This document shows, piece after piece, positions 25,159-38,182 of a stretch of DNA of 64,000 nt. Location: NCBI RefSeq assembly GCF_963921235.1, contig NC_086109.1:31250001-31314000 (forward strand), given 5' to 3'. The translations under genes were made by a program, and so were the position numbers. A model generated the notes under the pieces. It did no database searches, was not told where the DNA came from, and saw only the letters and a list, made by a program, of their open reading frames with translations. Position 1 is the stretch's first letter. Each line of letters begins with the position of its first letter. Origin of the DNA: Mobula hypostoma. Its lineage: Eukaryota.

Positions 25159-26164
25159 CGCATCACTCAACAACTCATCACTCCTTTTTCATGTAAGCAT
25201 TCTTTGGGAATGGTCTCCTTAAATACAGTCAAAGATTGGATGTGCAGTATGTTTCACCCATATAAATCTGCTGCTTTTGGTTATGTGCCATCTTCTTCTG
25301 AAGGCAGAGAAGCAATATTAAAAGTGTCAAAGAAAAATAAAGAGACACCCAGGTGCTATTTCTACAGTTCCCCAAGGGTGTGAATACTTGCATAAGCATC
25401 ATGCATCTCTGGTTATTTTAGCTATAACTTTGGATGAAACTCTTCTATGAAGTTTGCATATCAAAGCTTTGTAAATCTGTGTTCTGTATCAAAATGGACA
25501 TGCTTTGTAACTAACCTAAAGAAGATACTTTTTTGCCAGGAATACTTATGCATATGGTAAAGTTTGGATAACTGAGCTTGGCTAAGTTTGTCTAGTTTTC
25601 AAGGCTATGCTTTACATTTAAAGACTTTTTTTAACCTAAGGGGTGAATAGAACATGGGAAATGTGAAATATCCCTCCCCAGGCATTCCTAAGTGAGTCAG
25701 CTGATGAAGCAACTACTTCACATCTCCACTTCTACTTTTTCACAGGGTTGTTCTCATTTTCACTTTGCAGTGCACTCAATATATATAAAATTATTTTTGG
25801 ATTCAAAGCAAATTAAATTCTACTGCATATCTAAAGATTACTGCAATCTCGTGACCATCTACAATTGCACTTGTATTCCATGAGATTCCAGGAACAATGC
25901 GTCACTTATTTCCTTCAGGAGCAAATTTGCCATTTATTCTTATTGGGTTTAGACTTCATGTGACTCCAAATCCAAAAGAAGGCCGCAGACACCTAACTGT
26001 ACCCTCCCGTTGTCACCCGAGTCCACTCATGAGCAAATAAGCATGGGCAGTAAGTGCTGATCTTGATGGCGGTCTAATCCCAGAATGGATATTGTTTCCA
26101 TCCTCATCTCTTCTACCCCTTTCTTCCTTTTCCCCCTTATCCTTCCTGCTTATTCTCTCCTCAT

Positions 26165-26590
26165 CTGGAACATAGATCAATACAGCACAGGAACAGGTTC
26201 TTCATCCCACCACGTCTACACTAACCATAATCACTCCAGAGAAAGCAATCCAAGTTTGCCCAATATCTCTTTATTTCTCATGTACTCCAATCCAGGAAAT
26301 TTCCCCAGGAACCTCTTCTGCATCATCTTCAAAACGTCTACTTCTTTCTTTCAGTGTAATGACAAGAACTGCACACAATGAGGTCTAACCAAAGTTTTAT
26401 ACAGTTCTATCATAACTACCAACTTTTATACTCAATGCTCCTACCAAAGCTATTATCATTAGGGCATGCATGCCCTACATGTTTGTAACACCCTTTATTT
26501 ATATTGCCTCTCCCAGGGAGCTATGGGTTTGCACTCTAAGTATCCTACCATTTACTGCATATATTCCTCTTGCATTTGACCTCCCAAGCT
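26165..26590 (-). mobile_element. Old, internally deleted CR1 3' fragment
   Basis: GAACATAG..CAGCACAGGAACAGG tail; AGAACTGCACACAA; GGTCTAACCAAAGTTTTATACAG (reverse of LYKTLVRP). Confidence 0.6.
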
Positions 26591-27677
26591 CATTAGCTCC
26601 CTCAATCACTTTCCCCTCCATTCTCCTACATTCTTTTCATGTTTACATGCCCTGCCACTCCACTGTAATTGAAGTAAAGTAGATACTCTCCATTAATTTT
26701 GATGACTCAAAGTTTGTAAAAATATCAGCTGCACCTTTCTAATCCTGTTATAATTCTTTTTCACATTTTTCCCAACTGAAAGTTCACCTACCTGCTCCCT
26801 GCTAAGAGCTCAGAATTAATCGGGTGGAATTCTGACAAGGTACTTGCAGAGAAAGCATTCAGACAAGCCAGGCAACAGATTCAGTTGATGGTCTCACAAC
26901 TATTCTTAAGATAATATCAGTACAAAAATGGGTACTCAATCCCTCCCTTTTAGAAGCCATTGACAGATTTAACATTTCCATCAAACAAACAACACATGAG
27001 CACTTGAGAAACATTTTAAGTGCAACACTCCGATCCACGGGTTAACTACAATAAAAGAAAGAGAAGTCTGAAGTTGCAAACAAGGTCATTTGTCCAATAT
27101 CGCAATGCTTCATGCACAGCTTATTCTGTCATAGATTTTTTGCAGGAATCAAATAACCATAAATAAAGCTGTCAAGAGGAAATTCAATGATACACTCTGG
27201 GAAATCAATCTAACATTATTCAGCTAAATTCTGTATAGACTTCAACACGGCCTCAACACTCAGCAATAATTATTTACTGTATATCCTGCAAACCATTATC
27301 CATTTTAATGTAATTGTATTTCTGAAGGTGTTAATTTGCTAGTGCCACATTTGTTTATTCTTCTTACTGCCCATTCCATTGGGGAAAAGTGACTTCTAGT
27401 CATTCATTTTGGTTGAAAACTGAAAATTCAAATGGAAAATTGGAGAACAAGAAAGGATGAAATTTCCCAGGGTTGTGAAGCACTTCACTGATGCCTTCCT
27501 TGATGTACTGCTTCTAAGTTCTCTTCTTCCCATTCCTAACAATGGGAAGAAGAGGCTTGTAGCAGAAATAAAGTAGGTTTTTTTGGACAATGCCCAGGAG
27601 TTGAGCAGCAAAAATCAAGAATGATGCTTCTGAAGAGAATGCAGCAAGTGGTTTAGCAACCAGAGCCACGTGAATTC

Positions 27678-27760
27678 AGTTGATATTTCAGGCCGAGACC
27701 CTTCATCAGGACCATGTCTCCTATAGTCCTGATGAAGGGTCTCGGCCTGAAATATCAACT
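27678..27760. repeat. Perfect 35-bp inverted repeat (13-nt spacer) of the Penelope hammerhead motif
   Basis: 27678-27712 is the exact reverse complement of 27726-27760 (GTCCTGATGAAGGGTCTCGGCCTGAAATATCAACT). Confidence 0.95.
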
Positions 27761-27875
27761 ATTTCTTCATTTCTATAGCTGCTCTGAGAACAGGGGAAGG
27801 AGTTTGTTGCACTGGATTTCCAGCAGCTGCAGAATCTGTTGTGTTTGTGAATTCAGTTGTATATTTTATGTGCAT

Positions 27876-30800
27876 TGTGGTAACTTCAACTTTGAAAAAG
27901 GCACACTCGACAACTTCATGCCAAAGAAACAACTTTAGCTCGAACTTCAAAATGTTATGTATATACAGAGGGTTTCACCACCCGTACGGCATGGTGGAGA
28001 CACTATGTACCAAGTGCCACTGGCAGAACAAAAACAGAAGTAGACCACCCCCCTCCTGATATCCTAATCAGTATTAACTTACTTTTAATTACGCTCACTT
28101 TACAATAGTTCTCCCCCTTTAAAATCCAACATCCCCAAATGTAAAAACTAGGAAATAAAAAACAGTGGTGTTATTAACTTGCGTACACCTGAAAACTTAT
28201 ACTAGTACCCTAGCAACAATTTACCAATACAAAACATCTGGAAAACATGACGGATTCAACATTCAATCTACCAACACAAAATAAACTGTCCCATCACAGA
28301 TTCAGTCTGTCAGGAGGTTTACGAGTGCGCTGTGATCTGCGCACTACCCCCAGTGACCCAGCAGGCACCGCTGGTGAGGGTGTTTTGGGGGCATGAGAGG
28401 GATCTGTGTGTCTGTGTGAGAATGTCTATCCTCTTCAGGGGACCCCGACCCCTCTGCCAGCGTCTCGCCCTCTGGCAAAGTCACTGGTGGACATGCTTCC
28501 ACCATAGTCTGACTCACAAATGGAAACTCCATGGAACTGTCTGCCTCTGAGCCAGTATCATGACGCAGACGCTCATGGTCCTGATGTCTGCGGAAAACAC
28601 ACCCATCAGTCAGCTTAACAACATAGGAGACGGGACCACTCTGCTTAAGAACAACCCCAGGCAGCCACTGCTGATTGTTTCTCACATAGACATTGTCATC
28701 CGGTTTTAACTCTCTCTCCCGCGCATGTTGATCATGTCCCTTCTTCTGCTTTTCCTGCTTTCTCTCCACTTTCGCCTTCATATCTGGGTGCAGCATGTCC
28801 AATCTGGACTTGGGCCTACACCCCATCAGCACCTCTGATGGAGTGAGGGCAGTCGTAGTCTGTGGCGTGAGGTGGTATTTAAACAGGAAACGTGAAAGCC
28901 GTATGCTAAGAAAGTCCCCTGTCATCCACTTCAGGCCTTCCTTCACTGTCTGAACAGCCCGCTCAGCCAAACCATTGGAGGCTGGGTGGAAAGGGGCTGT
29001 CTGAATGTGATGAATGCCATTCTGCTGCATGAACTCACTGAACAGTTCACTGGTGAACGTTGGGCCATTATCAGTGACCAGAGTGTCAGGCAACCCGTGG
29101 ACTGCAAACACTTGCCTGAGTTTGTCTATGGTTGAGGGGGCTGTGATGTTGCTCATGATGTGAGCTTCGATCCATTTAGAATGTGCATCTACCATGACAA
29201 GAAACACCTGCCCCATAAAAGGGCCAGCAAAGTCCAAATGTAGCCTAGACCAGGGGTGGTCTGGCCACTCGCATGGGTGCAAAGGAGCTGGTGGTGGCAT
29301 ATTCTGATTAGTCTGACATTGCGTGCATGATTTTACCTTGTTCTCCAGATCCTGATCCATTCCTGGCCACCAAACATAGGATCTCGCAAGGCTTTTCATT
29401 CAAGACACTCCTGGGTGAGTCTCATGAATTTCCTCCACAATCTGTGAATGGCCAGGGGGAGGCACGATGACCCTCGCCCCCCAGAAAATGCAGCCATCCT
29501 GCAGACTGAGTTCTGTCTTGCGATGGCATAAGGCCTCAGTTCCTCTCCTTCCACGACTCTGGGCCAACCTTGTAAAAGAAAAGTCTTGACTTGGGATAGG
29601 ACTGGGTCCCTCTCTGTCCACTGCCTGGGTCGCCTTTACGGGTGTCTCTGACAGCCTCTTCAATGAAAACACAGTCTCTGGAGGCACATATGTAGTAATA
29701 GGTGTCTCAGGTAAAGGTAGTCGACTCAGTGCATCAGCATTTGCATTATTCCCACCTGCTCTGTACACTATAGTGTACCGGTAGGCTGACAATGTAAGAA
29801 CTCAACACTATATCCTGGCTGAGGCTAGCGGTGGGATGCATCTAGTCTCACTGAACAGGCTCATCAGTGGTTTATGGTCCGTATAAATTGTAAATACGCG
29901 TCCATAAAGGTACTGATGGAAGCGTTTGACCGCAAAAACAATGGCCAGACCTTCTTTGTCTAGCTGTGAATATCCCTTCTCTGCATCTGTCAGGGTACGT
30001 GAAGCAAAGCCAATAGGCTTCTCTGAACGGTCCTCCATTACATGTGAGAGAACTGCCCCAACTCCATAGGGCGAGGCATCACATGCAAGGGTGATCTCCT
30101 TGTCTGGGTCATAGTGAACAAGCAGCTTTGCTGAGTGGAGGAGTTCTTTCACTTCCTTGAAAGCTTTCTCCTGCTCTTCACCCCACTGCCACTTAGTGTC
30201 ATTGTGAAGCAGCTTATACAGTGGGGTGCCTTGAGAGGTCCGGAAGAAACTTGCCATAATAATTCATCATGCCCAAAAATGATCTGAGTCCTGTGACGGT
30301 CTTAGGGCTTGGGACCTCCTTAATAGCTCTCACTTTTGTCCTCCACAGGGCAAAGCCCCTCAGCTGTGATCTTGTGTCCCAGGTAAGTCACACTCGATGC
30401 CAGGAACACACATTTTCCGCGTTTCAACCACAGCCCTGCCTCTGAGAGCCTCTTCAGCACCCATTCTAAGTTAGCCAGATGCTCCGCCTCCATAGCCCCT
30501 GTGATCAAAATATCATCAAGTTACACTGCTACGTGCGGAATCCCCTGCAGCAAAGTGTCCATTGTCCTTTGGAAAATGGCAGGACTGGACGCCACTCCAA
30601 ACACCAGGCGATGGTACTTGAATAATCCCCTGTGCGTATTAATTGTGACGTACTCCTTTGAATCCTCGTCGAGCAGCAGCTGTTGGTAGGTGTGGCTCAT
30701 GTCCAGCTTTGTGAACTGCTTACCTCCACACCGGAAACATTCCACCCGCTTTGCCTGTTTACCAGTCTCCCTCCTGACTTGGTGCACTGCTGCCGACTGT

Positions 30801-31642
30801 GACCCGATATCCTTAACATTATTAGCAGCCATCTCCATGCCTTGGGCAATCTCTAAGGCTTTCTTGAAAATCAACGGTGGGGTTTCCCCAAACAGGCGGC
30901 ATTGTATGTCGGCATTATTAATGTCGCATACCAGTCGATCGTGGAGCATATCTTTCAACACCGCTCCGAAAGCACAATGCTCCGACAGCTGCCGAAGCTC
31001 GGCCACAAAATTAGCCACCGAGTGACCTGGCTTCCCGAAACAGCTGTGAAACTTGCACTGTTGGACTGTCACAGAAGGTTTTGGATTGAAGTGGTTCCCC
31101 ACGAGTTTCACCAGTTCGTCAAATGGGATTTCCCCCGGTTTCCGTGGTGTGGCTAAATTCCTTATTAGCTTGTAAGTCTTTGTCCCACACACACTCAGGA
31201 GAATAGAGTGCTTCTTAGCCTCCTCCGTAATTCCATTAGCACAGAAAAAGGGTCCTTACCTTTCCTCATACTCCAGCCAGTCCTCAGCTTCTTCCAGGAA
31301 CTCACAGATAGTTCGAAACGTAGCCATACTGAACATGAAAGCTCCCATTCAAAAAACGTGCCGACACGTTCACAAAATCAGTTCACCTCGTCACCAAAAA
31401 CATGTGGTAACTTCTACTTTGAGAAAAGCACACTCGACAACTTCATGCCAAAGAAACAACTTTATCTCGAACTTCAAAACGTTACGTATATACAGAGGGT
31501 TTCACCACCCGTACGGCATGGCAGGGACACTATGTACCAAGGGCCACCGGCCACCAGAAGAACAAAAACGGAAGTAGAGCCCCCCCCCCCCGCCCGATAT
31601 CCTAATTAGTATTAACTTGTTTTTAATTACGCTCACATTACA
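27876..31642 (-). mobile_element. Ty3/Gypsy element C with both LTRs (27876-28104 and 31403-31642), internally deleted
   Basis: TSD GCAT (27872-75, 31643-46); PBS-like TGGTGACGAGG; PPT AAAGGGGGAGAA; gag; RT FTKLDMSH..FGVASSPAIFQR; RNaseH LACDASPYGVGAVL; integrase LHLDFAGP..VTDNGP..SNGLAERAV. Confidence 0.97.
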
Positions 31643-32254
31643 GCATGCACATTATTACACAGCCTGCATTACATCTTCCCCTTGCACCTAGCACAGGACT
31701 TCCTTTTTGCATTTTATGTCTTTCCTCAGATCGCCACCTGCATCCCATATCTCCACATTCATTTTCATAACTTCTTCAGACTCTCAAATGTATAAGTGCC
31801 TGCACTCTTACTCACAGCTCTCTTTGTCTTGATACATGGACACCTGGAAAAGGAGACGATCCAGAGTTCAATCTCAGGTCTTATTGAAGCCAACAATTAG
31901 AGAGGACCAAACACTGGAGATCAGTAAAGTATCGGTATGCCTGCTGAAGACAAGGTACACTCATTTAATTTTCAGTTATTGCACGCAGTTCTGCATCTTG
32001 TCATATTGTCATACCATCAAAAGCCAACTTACTGTGATGATGCTCCTAATCTAAGCTAATTTTGAAGCCACTCGTCATTATCTTTTATCCATGATAGACA
32101 TTCATCAGGAGTTGCTGAAGGTCATGGATAAGAATTCTTCAAAGGACAATCTGAGAATATTAATAAAAGGTCTTGGTCCTGATGAAAGGTCTTGGCTCAA
32201 TGTGTTCATTTTTTTTCACTGAGATTAAATTCTTTGGAGCAAAGTTGTGAAATC

Positions 32255-33165
32255 CTATCACCAAACACACCTTTCCCTACCCCTGCCCCTAACTCTCCAC
32301 TTTCTGCAGGGTTTGTTCTCTCCATGACTCCCTTGTCCATTCATTCCCTCCCCACTGATCTCCCTCTTGGCCCTTATCCCTGCAAGCAGAGCCAGTGCTA
32401 CACCTGCCAAGTCTTCATCTCCCTCAGTCAGGGCCCCAAACAGTCCTTCCAGGTGAGGCAACACTTTGTACCTGATGCTCCAGTGTGCCCTCCTCTACGT
32501 CAATGAGACTTGACATAGGTGGGGAGGGGGGTGCGAGAACATCTGTTCCATCCACAACAGGCAGGATTTCCTAGTGACCACCCATTTTTGCTCTACTTCC
32601 CATTCCCATTCTGATATATCGGTCCATGGTCTCCTCTGCTACCACCATGAAGCCACTCACAGGTTGGAGGAGCAAAATCTCATATGTCATTTGGATAGCT
32701 TCCAACATGATGGCATGAAGAAGCGATCACTTTAATCTGGTAATTTCTCTTTCCTCCCCATTCTCTCTTTTCCATTTCCCATTCTGACTCCCCTCTTACT
32801 CCTTCTCCTCACCTTTCTCTGGTCCCTTTTCCCAATGATCCTCTCTCCTCTCCTATAAGATTCCTTCTTCATCAGCCCTTTACCTTTTCCACCTATCCCC
32901 TCTCAGATTCTCAATTCATCCTCTTTCCTCCTCCCGCTCCCCTTTCCTTTCACCTGGCTTCACCTATCACCTGCTAGTTTGTACTCCTTCCCCTGTCCTC
33001 AGCTTCTTATTTTGAAATTTTCCCCCTTCCTTTTGAGTCCTGATGAAAGGTCTTGGCTTAAAATGTTGCCTGTCTACTCCTCCCCAGAAATGCTGCCTAA
33101 CCTGATGAATTCCTCCAGTATTTTGTGTGTGTTACTCTGGAGAATCTGCAGAATCTCTTGTATTA
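32255..33165 (+). mobile_element. Older Penelope 3' end (decayed GIY-YIG region plus terminal repeat)
   Basis: QGPKQSFQVRQHF; degenerate GTCCTGATGAAAGGTCTTGGC at ~33037. Confidence 0.8.
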
Positions 33166-33183
33166 GCAAGAGAGAGTGGCTTT

Positions 33184-33741
33184 TTGGAATAATTCCTCAA
33201 AATATCCATGGTATCTCTGTGTCTGACCAACGTGTTATTGCATTTGTTACATTGATAGCTAGGAGGGCCATTTTGTTGAAGTGGAAGGATGCATCAGCCC
33301 CCGCTTTGTCACACTTGTTCTCTCAAGTGATGCCATGTCTTAGTTTGGAGAAAATTAGAAGTCGAACCTTTGAAACTTTATTTGATTTTGAGAAAAGATG
33401 GGGTTCATTTGCTCGTTATTATCATTTGAGTTAATTGATATATTTCCTCCACGATCTAATTGTAAATGTTGGGTACATTTTTTTTCTTGCTGGCGGTTTG
33501 ATGTTTATCTTTAGAAGCTTTTTGTATGACGCATGGCTCCGGGGTTGAACACCTAATGGGTTCCCCCCCCCCCCACTTTTTCTTGCTTCGTAGGGGTTTT
33601 TTACTATCACCAAAAATTTTTCTATCTTTAAAATAATGTTTTCTTTTCTTGAGACATTGTAAAGGTTGCTTACTTCGATGTACTCGTGTTAATTTTGGAT
33701 AATAATAATAATAAAAAGATTTGAAAAGGGAAAAAAAAAGA
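33184..33741 (+). mobile_element. L1-clade LINE 3' end with A-rich tail
   Basis: LFG..IARRAILLKWK..P..LEKI..FEKRW (L1 ORF2 C-terminus); 9-bp flanking repeat AGTGGCTTT (33175-83, 33742-50). Confidence 0.8.
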
Positions 33742-33754
33742 AGTGGCTTTCCAT

Positions 33755-34068
33755 AGTGAATGCAAGCAGTCTTTTTCCACTGAGGCAAGGGGAGAAAAAA
33801 AAAACAGAGGACTTGGGTTAAGGGTGAAGGGGGAAAAGTTTAAAGGGAACATTAGGGGAGGCTTCTTCACACAGAGAGTAGTGGGAGTGTGGAATGAGCT
33901 GCCAGACGAAGTGGTAAATGTGGGTTCTTCTTTAACATTTAAGAATAAATTGGACAGTTACATGGATGGGAGGTGTATGGAGGGAAATGGTCCGTGTGCA
34001 GGTCAGTGGGACTAGGCAGAAAATGGTTCGGCACAGCCAAGAAGGGCCAAAAGGCCTGTTTCTGTGCT
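33755..34068 (+). mobile_element. CR1 3' end of a second subfamily, split by a Penelope insertion; tail resumes at 38242-38288
   Basis: FFTQRVVGVWNELP..FKNKLDSYM; (TTCTATGG)n tail after 38254. Confidence 0.85.
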
Positions 34069-34337
34069 CACAAGGAATTCTGCAGATGCTGGAAATTCAA
34101 GCAACACACATCAAATTTGCTGGTGAACGCAGCAGGCCAGGCAGCATCTCTAGGAAGAGGTACAGTCAATGTTTCGGGCCGAGACCCTTCGTCAGGACTA
34201 ACTGAAGGAAAGGCTAGTAAGAGATTTGAAAGTGGGAAGGGGAGGGGGAGATCCAAAATGATAGGAGAAGACAGGAGGCTGGGGGGTGGATGGAGTTAAG
34301 AGCTGGACAGGTGATTGGCAAAAGGGATATGAGAGGA

Positions 34338-34829
34338 TCATGGGACAGGAGGCCCAGGGAGAAGGAAAAGGGGGAGAAGGGAAAAAACCAGAGCTTGGGC
34401 AAGGGGTATAGTCAAAGGGACAGAGGGAGAAAAAGGAGAGAGAGAGAAAGAATGTGTGTATATAAATAAATAACAGATGGGGTATGAGGGGGAGGTGGGA
34501 CATTCGCAGAAATTAGAGAAGTCAATGTACATGCCATCAGGTTGGAGGCTACCCAGATGGAATATAAGTTGTTGTTCCTCCAACCTGAGTGTGGCTTCAT
34601 CTTTACAGTAGAGGAGTCCGTGGATAGACATATCAGAATGGGAATGGGATATGGAATTAAAATGTGTGGCCACTGGGAGATCCTGCTTTCTCTGGCGGAC
34701 AGAGCGTAGATGTTCAGCAAAGCGGTCTCCCAGTCTGCGTCGGGTCTCACCAATATATAGAAGGCCACATCGGGAGCACCGGACGCAGTATATCACCCCA
34801 GCCGACTCACAGGTGAAGTGTCGCCTCAC
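34338..34829 (-). pseudogene. Penelope GIY-YIG endonuclease domain
   Basis: GVIYCVRCSRCGLLYIGETRRRLGDRFAEH..PVATHFN. Confidence 0.92.
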
Positions 34830-35800
34830 CTGGAAGGACTGTCTGGGGCCCTGAATGGTGTTAAGGGAGGAAGTGTAAATGCGTGTGTAGCACTTGTTCC
34901 GCTTACAAGGATAAGTGCCAGGAGGGAGATCATTGGGGAGGGATTGGGGGGACGAATGGACAAGGGAATCGCGTAGGGAGCGATCCCTGCAGAAAGCAGA
35001 GAGAGGGGGGAGGGAAAGATGTGCTTAGTGGTGGGATCCCATTGGAGGTGGCGGAAGTTACGGTGAATAATATGTTGGACCCGGAGGCTGGTAGGGTGGT
35101 AGATGAGGACCAGGGGAACCCTATTCCTAGTGGGGTGGCGGGAGGATGAAGTGAGAACAGATGTGCGTGAAATAGGGGAGATGTGTTTGAGAGCAGAGTT
35201 GATGGTGGAGGAAGGGAAGCCCCTTTCTTTAAAAAAGGAAGACATCTCCCTCGTCCTGGAATGAAAAGCCTCATCCTGAGGGCAGATGCGGCAGAGACGG
35301 AGGAATTGCGAGGAAGATGGAGCCTCTGAGGGCCCTGGAACTGATTGGAAGATGGAGCCTCTGAGGGCCCAGGTGAGAGGAAGGCATGAACTTCAAATTG
35401 CGGCCCCGCCATTGAACTTGCTGGCTCCAACACCTCAGGGCATATTCAAAACCCGACCTCCAGCAACGACCATGGAAACCTTCAAAGCGATTGTGCAACC
35501 ACCAACTGCAACTCCAGCCTTGAACTCCAGGCCGGGTCTTTATGTGCTGCTATTGCAACTCCCGTCTCCCCTTCCCCCAACACATACTCTGCCACCCCGT
35601 CTCCCTCAGATCCCACCGTCAGCTACTGCGCCCTCAGAGGCTCCATCTTCCTCTCACCCCAACCCTCCCCTCTCCACTGACACCCCCAACCTCCCCCCTC
35701 CCCCCTCTGATCCCAGCTCTCATCTGTACTGGGTCTTTACCATCCTCCGACCTTCAACTGTCTGAGGCAGAATGCTCTATCCTCAGTAAGGGCCTCATCT

Positions 35801-37111
35801 TTGTCCCCCTTCGCCCACACCAGAGTGAGTTCCGCGTTTGCCATGATTCGGAACTCTTCTTCCGCCGTCTCCATCTCCGACTTCTTCGGCAAGGACTCTT
35901 CCACTCCCACCGATGACCACTTCTCCCGTCTTCAACCCTCCTCCTCTTCATGGACACCCCGCTCTGGTCTTCTGCGTGCTCTGGATCTCTTTATTGCTAA
36001 CTGCCGACGGGACATCAACTGTCTCGACTTCACCGCACCTTACTCCCATTTCAACCTTACTCCTTCCGAAGGTTCTGCTCTCCACTCCTTCCGCACGAAT
36101 CCTAACATTACTATTAAACCCGCCGATAAGGGGGGTGCTGTTGTAGTCTGGCGTACTGACCTCTACCTTGCCAAGGCACAGCGACAACTCGCAGATACCT
36201 CCTCTTATTTACCCCACGATCGTGACCCCACTAAGGAGCACCAGGCCATTGTCTCCCACAACATCACCGACTTTATCCGCTCAGGGGATCTCCCATCCAC
36301 TGCTACCAACCTTATAGTTCACACACCTCGCACTTCCCGTTTCTACCTCCTACCCAAGATCCACAAACCTGCCTGTCCTGGCAGACCTATTGTCTCAGCT
36401 TGCTCCTGCCCCATCGAACTCATTTCTGCATACCTCAACATGGTCTTATCACCCCTTGTTCAATCCCTTCCTACTTATGTTCGTGACACTTCTCAAGTTC
36501 TTAAACTTCTCGATGATTTTAAGTTCCCTGGCCCCCACCACTTTATTTTCACCATGGTTGTCCAATCCCTATATACTTCCATCCCCCATCAGGAAGGTCT
36601 CAAAGCTCTCTGCTACTTTTTGGATTCCAGATCTAATCAGTTCCCCTCCAGCACCACTCTGCTCCGTCTAGCGGAATTAGTCCTTACTCTTAATAATTTC
36701 TCCTTTGGCCCCTGCCTCTTCCTCCAAACTAAAGGTGTAGCTATGGGCACCCGTATGGGTCCCAGCTATGCCTGTCTTTTTGTTGGCTTTGTGGAACAAT
36801 CTATGTTCCGTGCCTATTCTGGTATCTGTCCCCCACTTTTCCTTCGCTACATCGACGACTGCATTGGCGCTGCTTCCTGCACGCATGCTGAGCTCGTTGA
36901 CTTTATTAACTTTGCCTCCAACTTTCACCCTGCCCTCAAGTTTACCTGGTCCATTTCCGACACATCCCTCCCCTTTCTAGATCTTTCTGTCTCTGTCTCT
37001 GGAGACAGCTTATCTACTGATGTCTACTATAAGCCTACTGACTGTCACAGCTATCTGGATTATTCCTTTTCTCACCCTGTCTCTTGCAAAAATGCCATCC
37101 CCTTCTCGTAA
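35801..37111 (+). pseudogene. Penelope-like reverse transcriptase, frameshifted upstream, premature stop at 37109-11
   Basis: IKPADKGGAVVV; FYLLPKIHK..PGRPIVS; QTKGVAMGTRMGPSYA; RYIDD; PFLDL..VYYKPTD. Confidence 0.95.
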
Positions 37112-37837
37112 TTCCTCCGTCTCCGCCGCATCTGCTCTCAGGATAAAGCTTTTCATTCCAGGACGAGGGAGATGTCTTCCTTTTTTAAAGAAAGGGGCTT
37201 CCCTTCCTCCACCATCAACTCTGCTCTTAAACGCATCTCCCCCATTTCATGCTCCATCCTCCCGCCACCCCACTAGAAATAGGGTTCCCCTTGTCCTCAC
37301 CTACCACCTGGGCGCAGACTGGGAGATCGTTTTACTGAACTCTATGTTCTGTCTGCCAGAGAAAGTAGGATCTCCCAGTGGCCACACATTTTAATTACAC
37401 ATCCCATTCCCATTCTGACATGTCTATCCACGGCCTCCTCTACTGTAAAGATGAAGCCACACTCAGGTTGGAGGAACAACACCTTATATTCCATCTGGGT
37501 AGCCTCCAACCTGATGGCATGAACATTGACTTCTCTAACTTCCGATAATGCCCCACCTCCCCCTCGTACCCCATCCGTTATTCATTTATATGCAAACATT
37601 CTTTCTTTCTCTCTCTCCTTTTTCTCCCTCTGACTATACCTCTTGCCCATCCTCTTGGTTTTTTCCCCCTCCCCCTTTTCCTTCTCCCTGGGCCTCCTGT
37701 CCCATGATCCTCTCATATCCCTTTTGCCAATCACCTGTCCAGCTCTTGGCTCCATCCCTCCCCCCCCCCGTCTTCTTCTATTACCTTGGATCTCCCTCTC
37801 CCCCTCCCACTTTCAAATCTCTTACTAGCTCTTCCTT

Positions 37838-38140
37838 GGGTCATGGTTTGAGGATAAAGGCGAAGCCTTTTAGGACTGAGATTAGGAAAAACTTCTTCAC
37901 ACAGTGAGTGGTGAATCTGTGGAATTCTCTGCCACAGGAAACAGTTGAGGCCAGTTCATTGGCTATATTTAAGAGGGAGTTAGATATGGCCCTTGTGGCT
38001 AGGGGGATCAGAGGGTATGGAGGGAAGGTTGGTGCAGGGTTCTGAGTTGGATGATCAGCCATGATCATAATAAATGGCGGTGCAGGCTCGAAGGGCCGAA
38101 TGGCCTACTCCTGCACCTATTTTCTATGTTTTCTATGTTT
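37838..38140 (+). mobile_element. Short young CR1 3' fragment inserted in the Penelope terminal repeat
   Basis: Near-identical to 8626-8931; interrupts CTTCCTT|CAGTTAGTC, which is contiguous at 46128-46143. Confidence 0.92.
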
Positions 38141-38146
38141 TCAGTT

Positions 38147-38182
38147 AGTCCTGACGAAGGGTCTCGGCCCGAAACGGCGACT
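38147..38182 (+). ncRNA. Minimal type I hammerhead ribozyme motif; cleavage triplet mutated in this copy
   Basis: AGTC-CTGACGA-A-GGGT(CTCG)GCCC-GAAA-C-GGC-GACT; other copies keep GAAACGTC. Confidence 0.75.
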
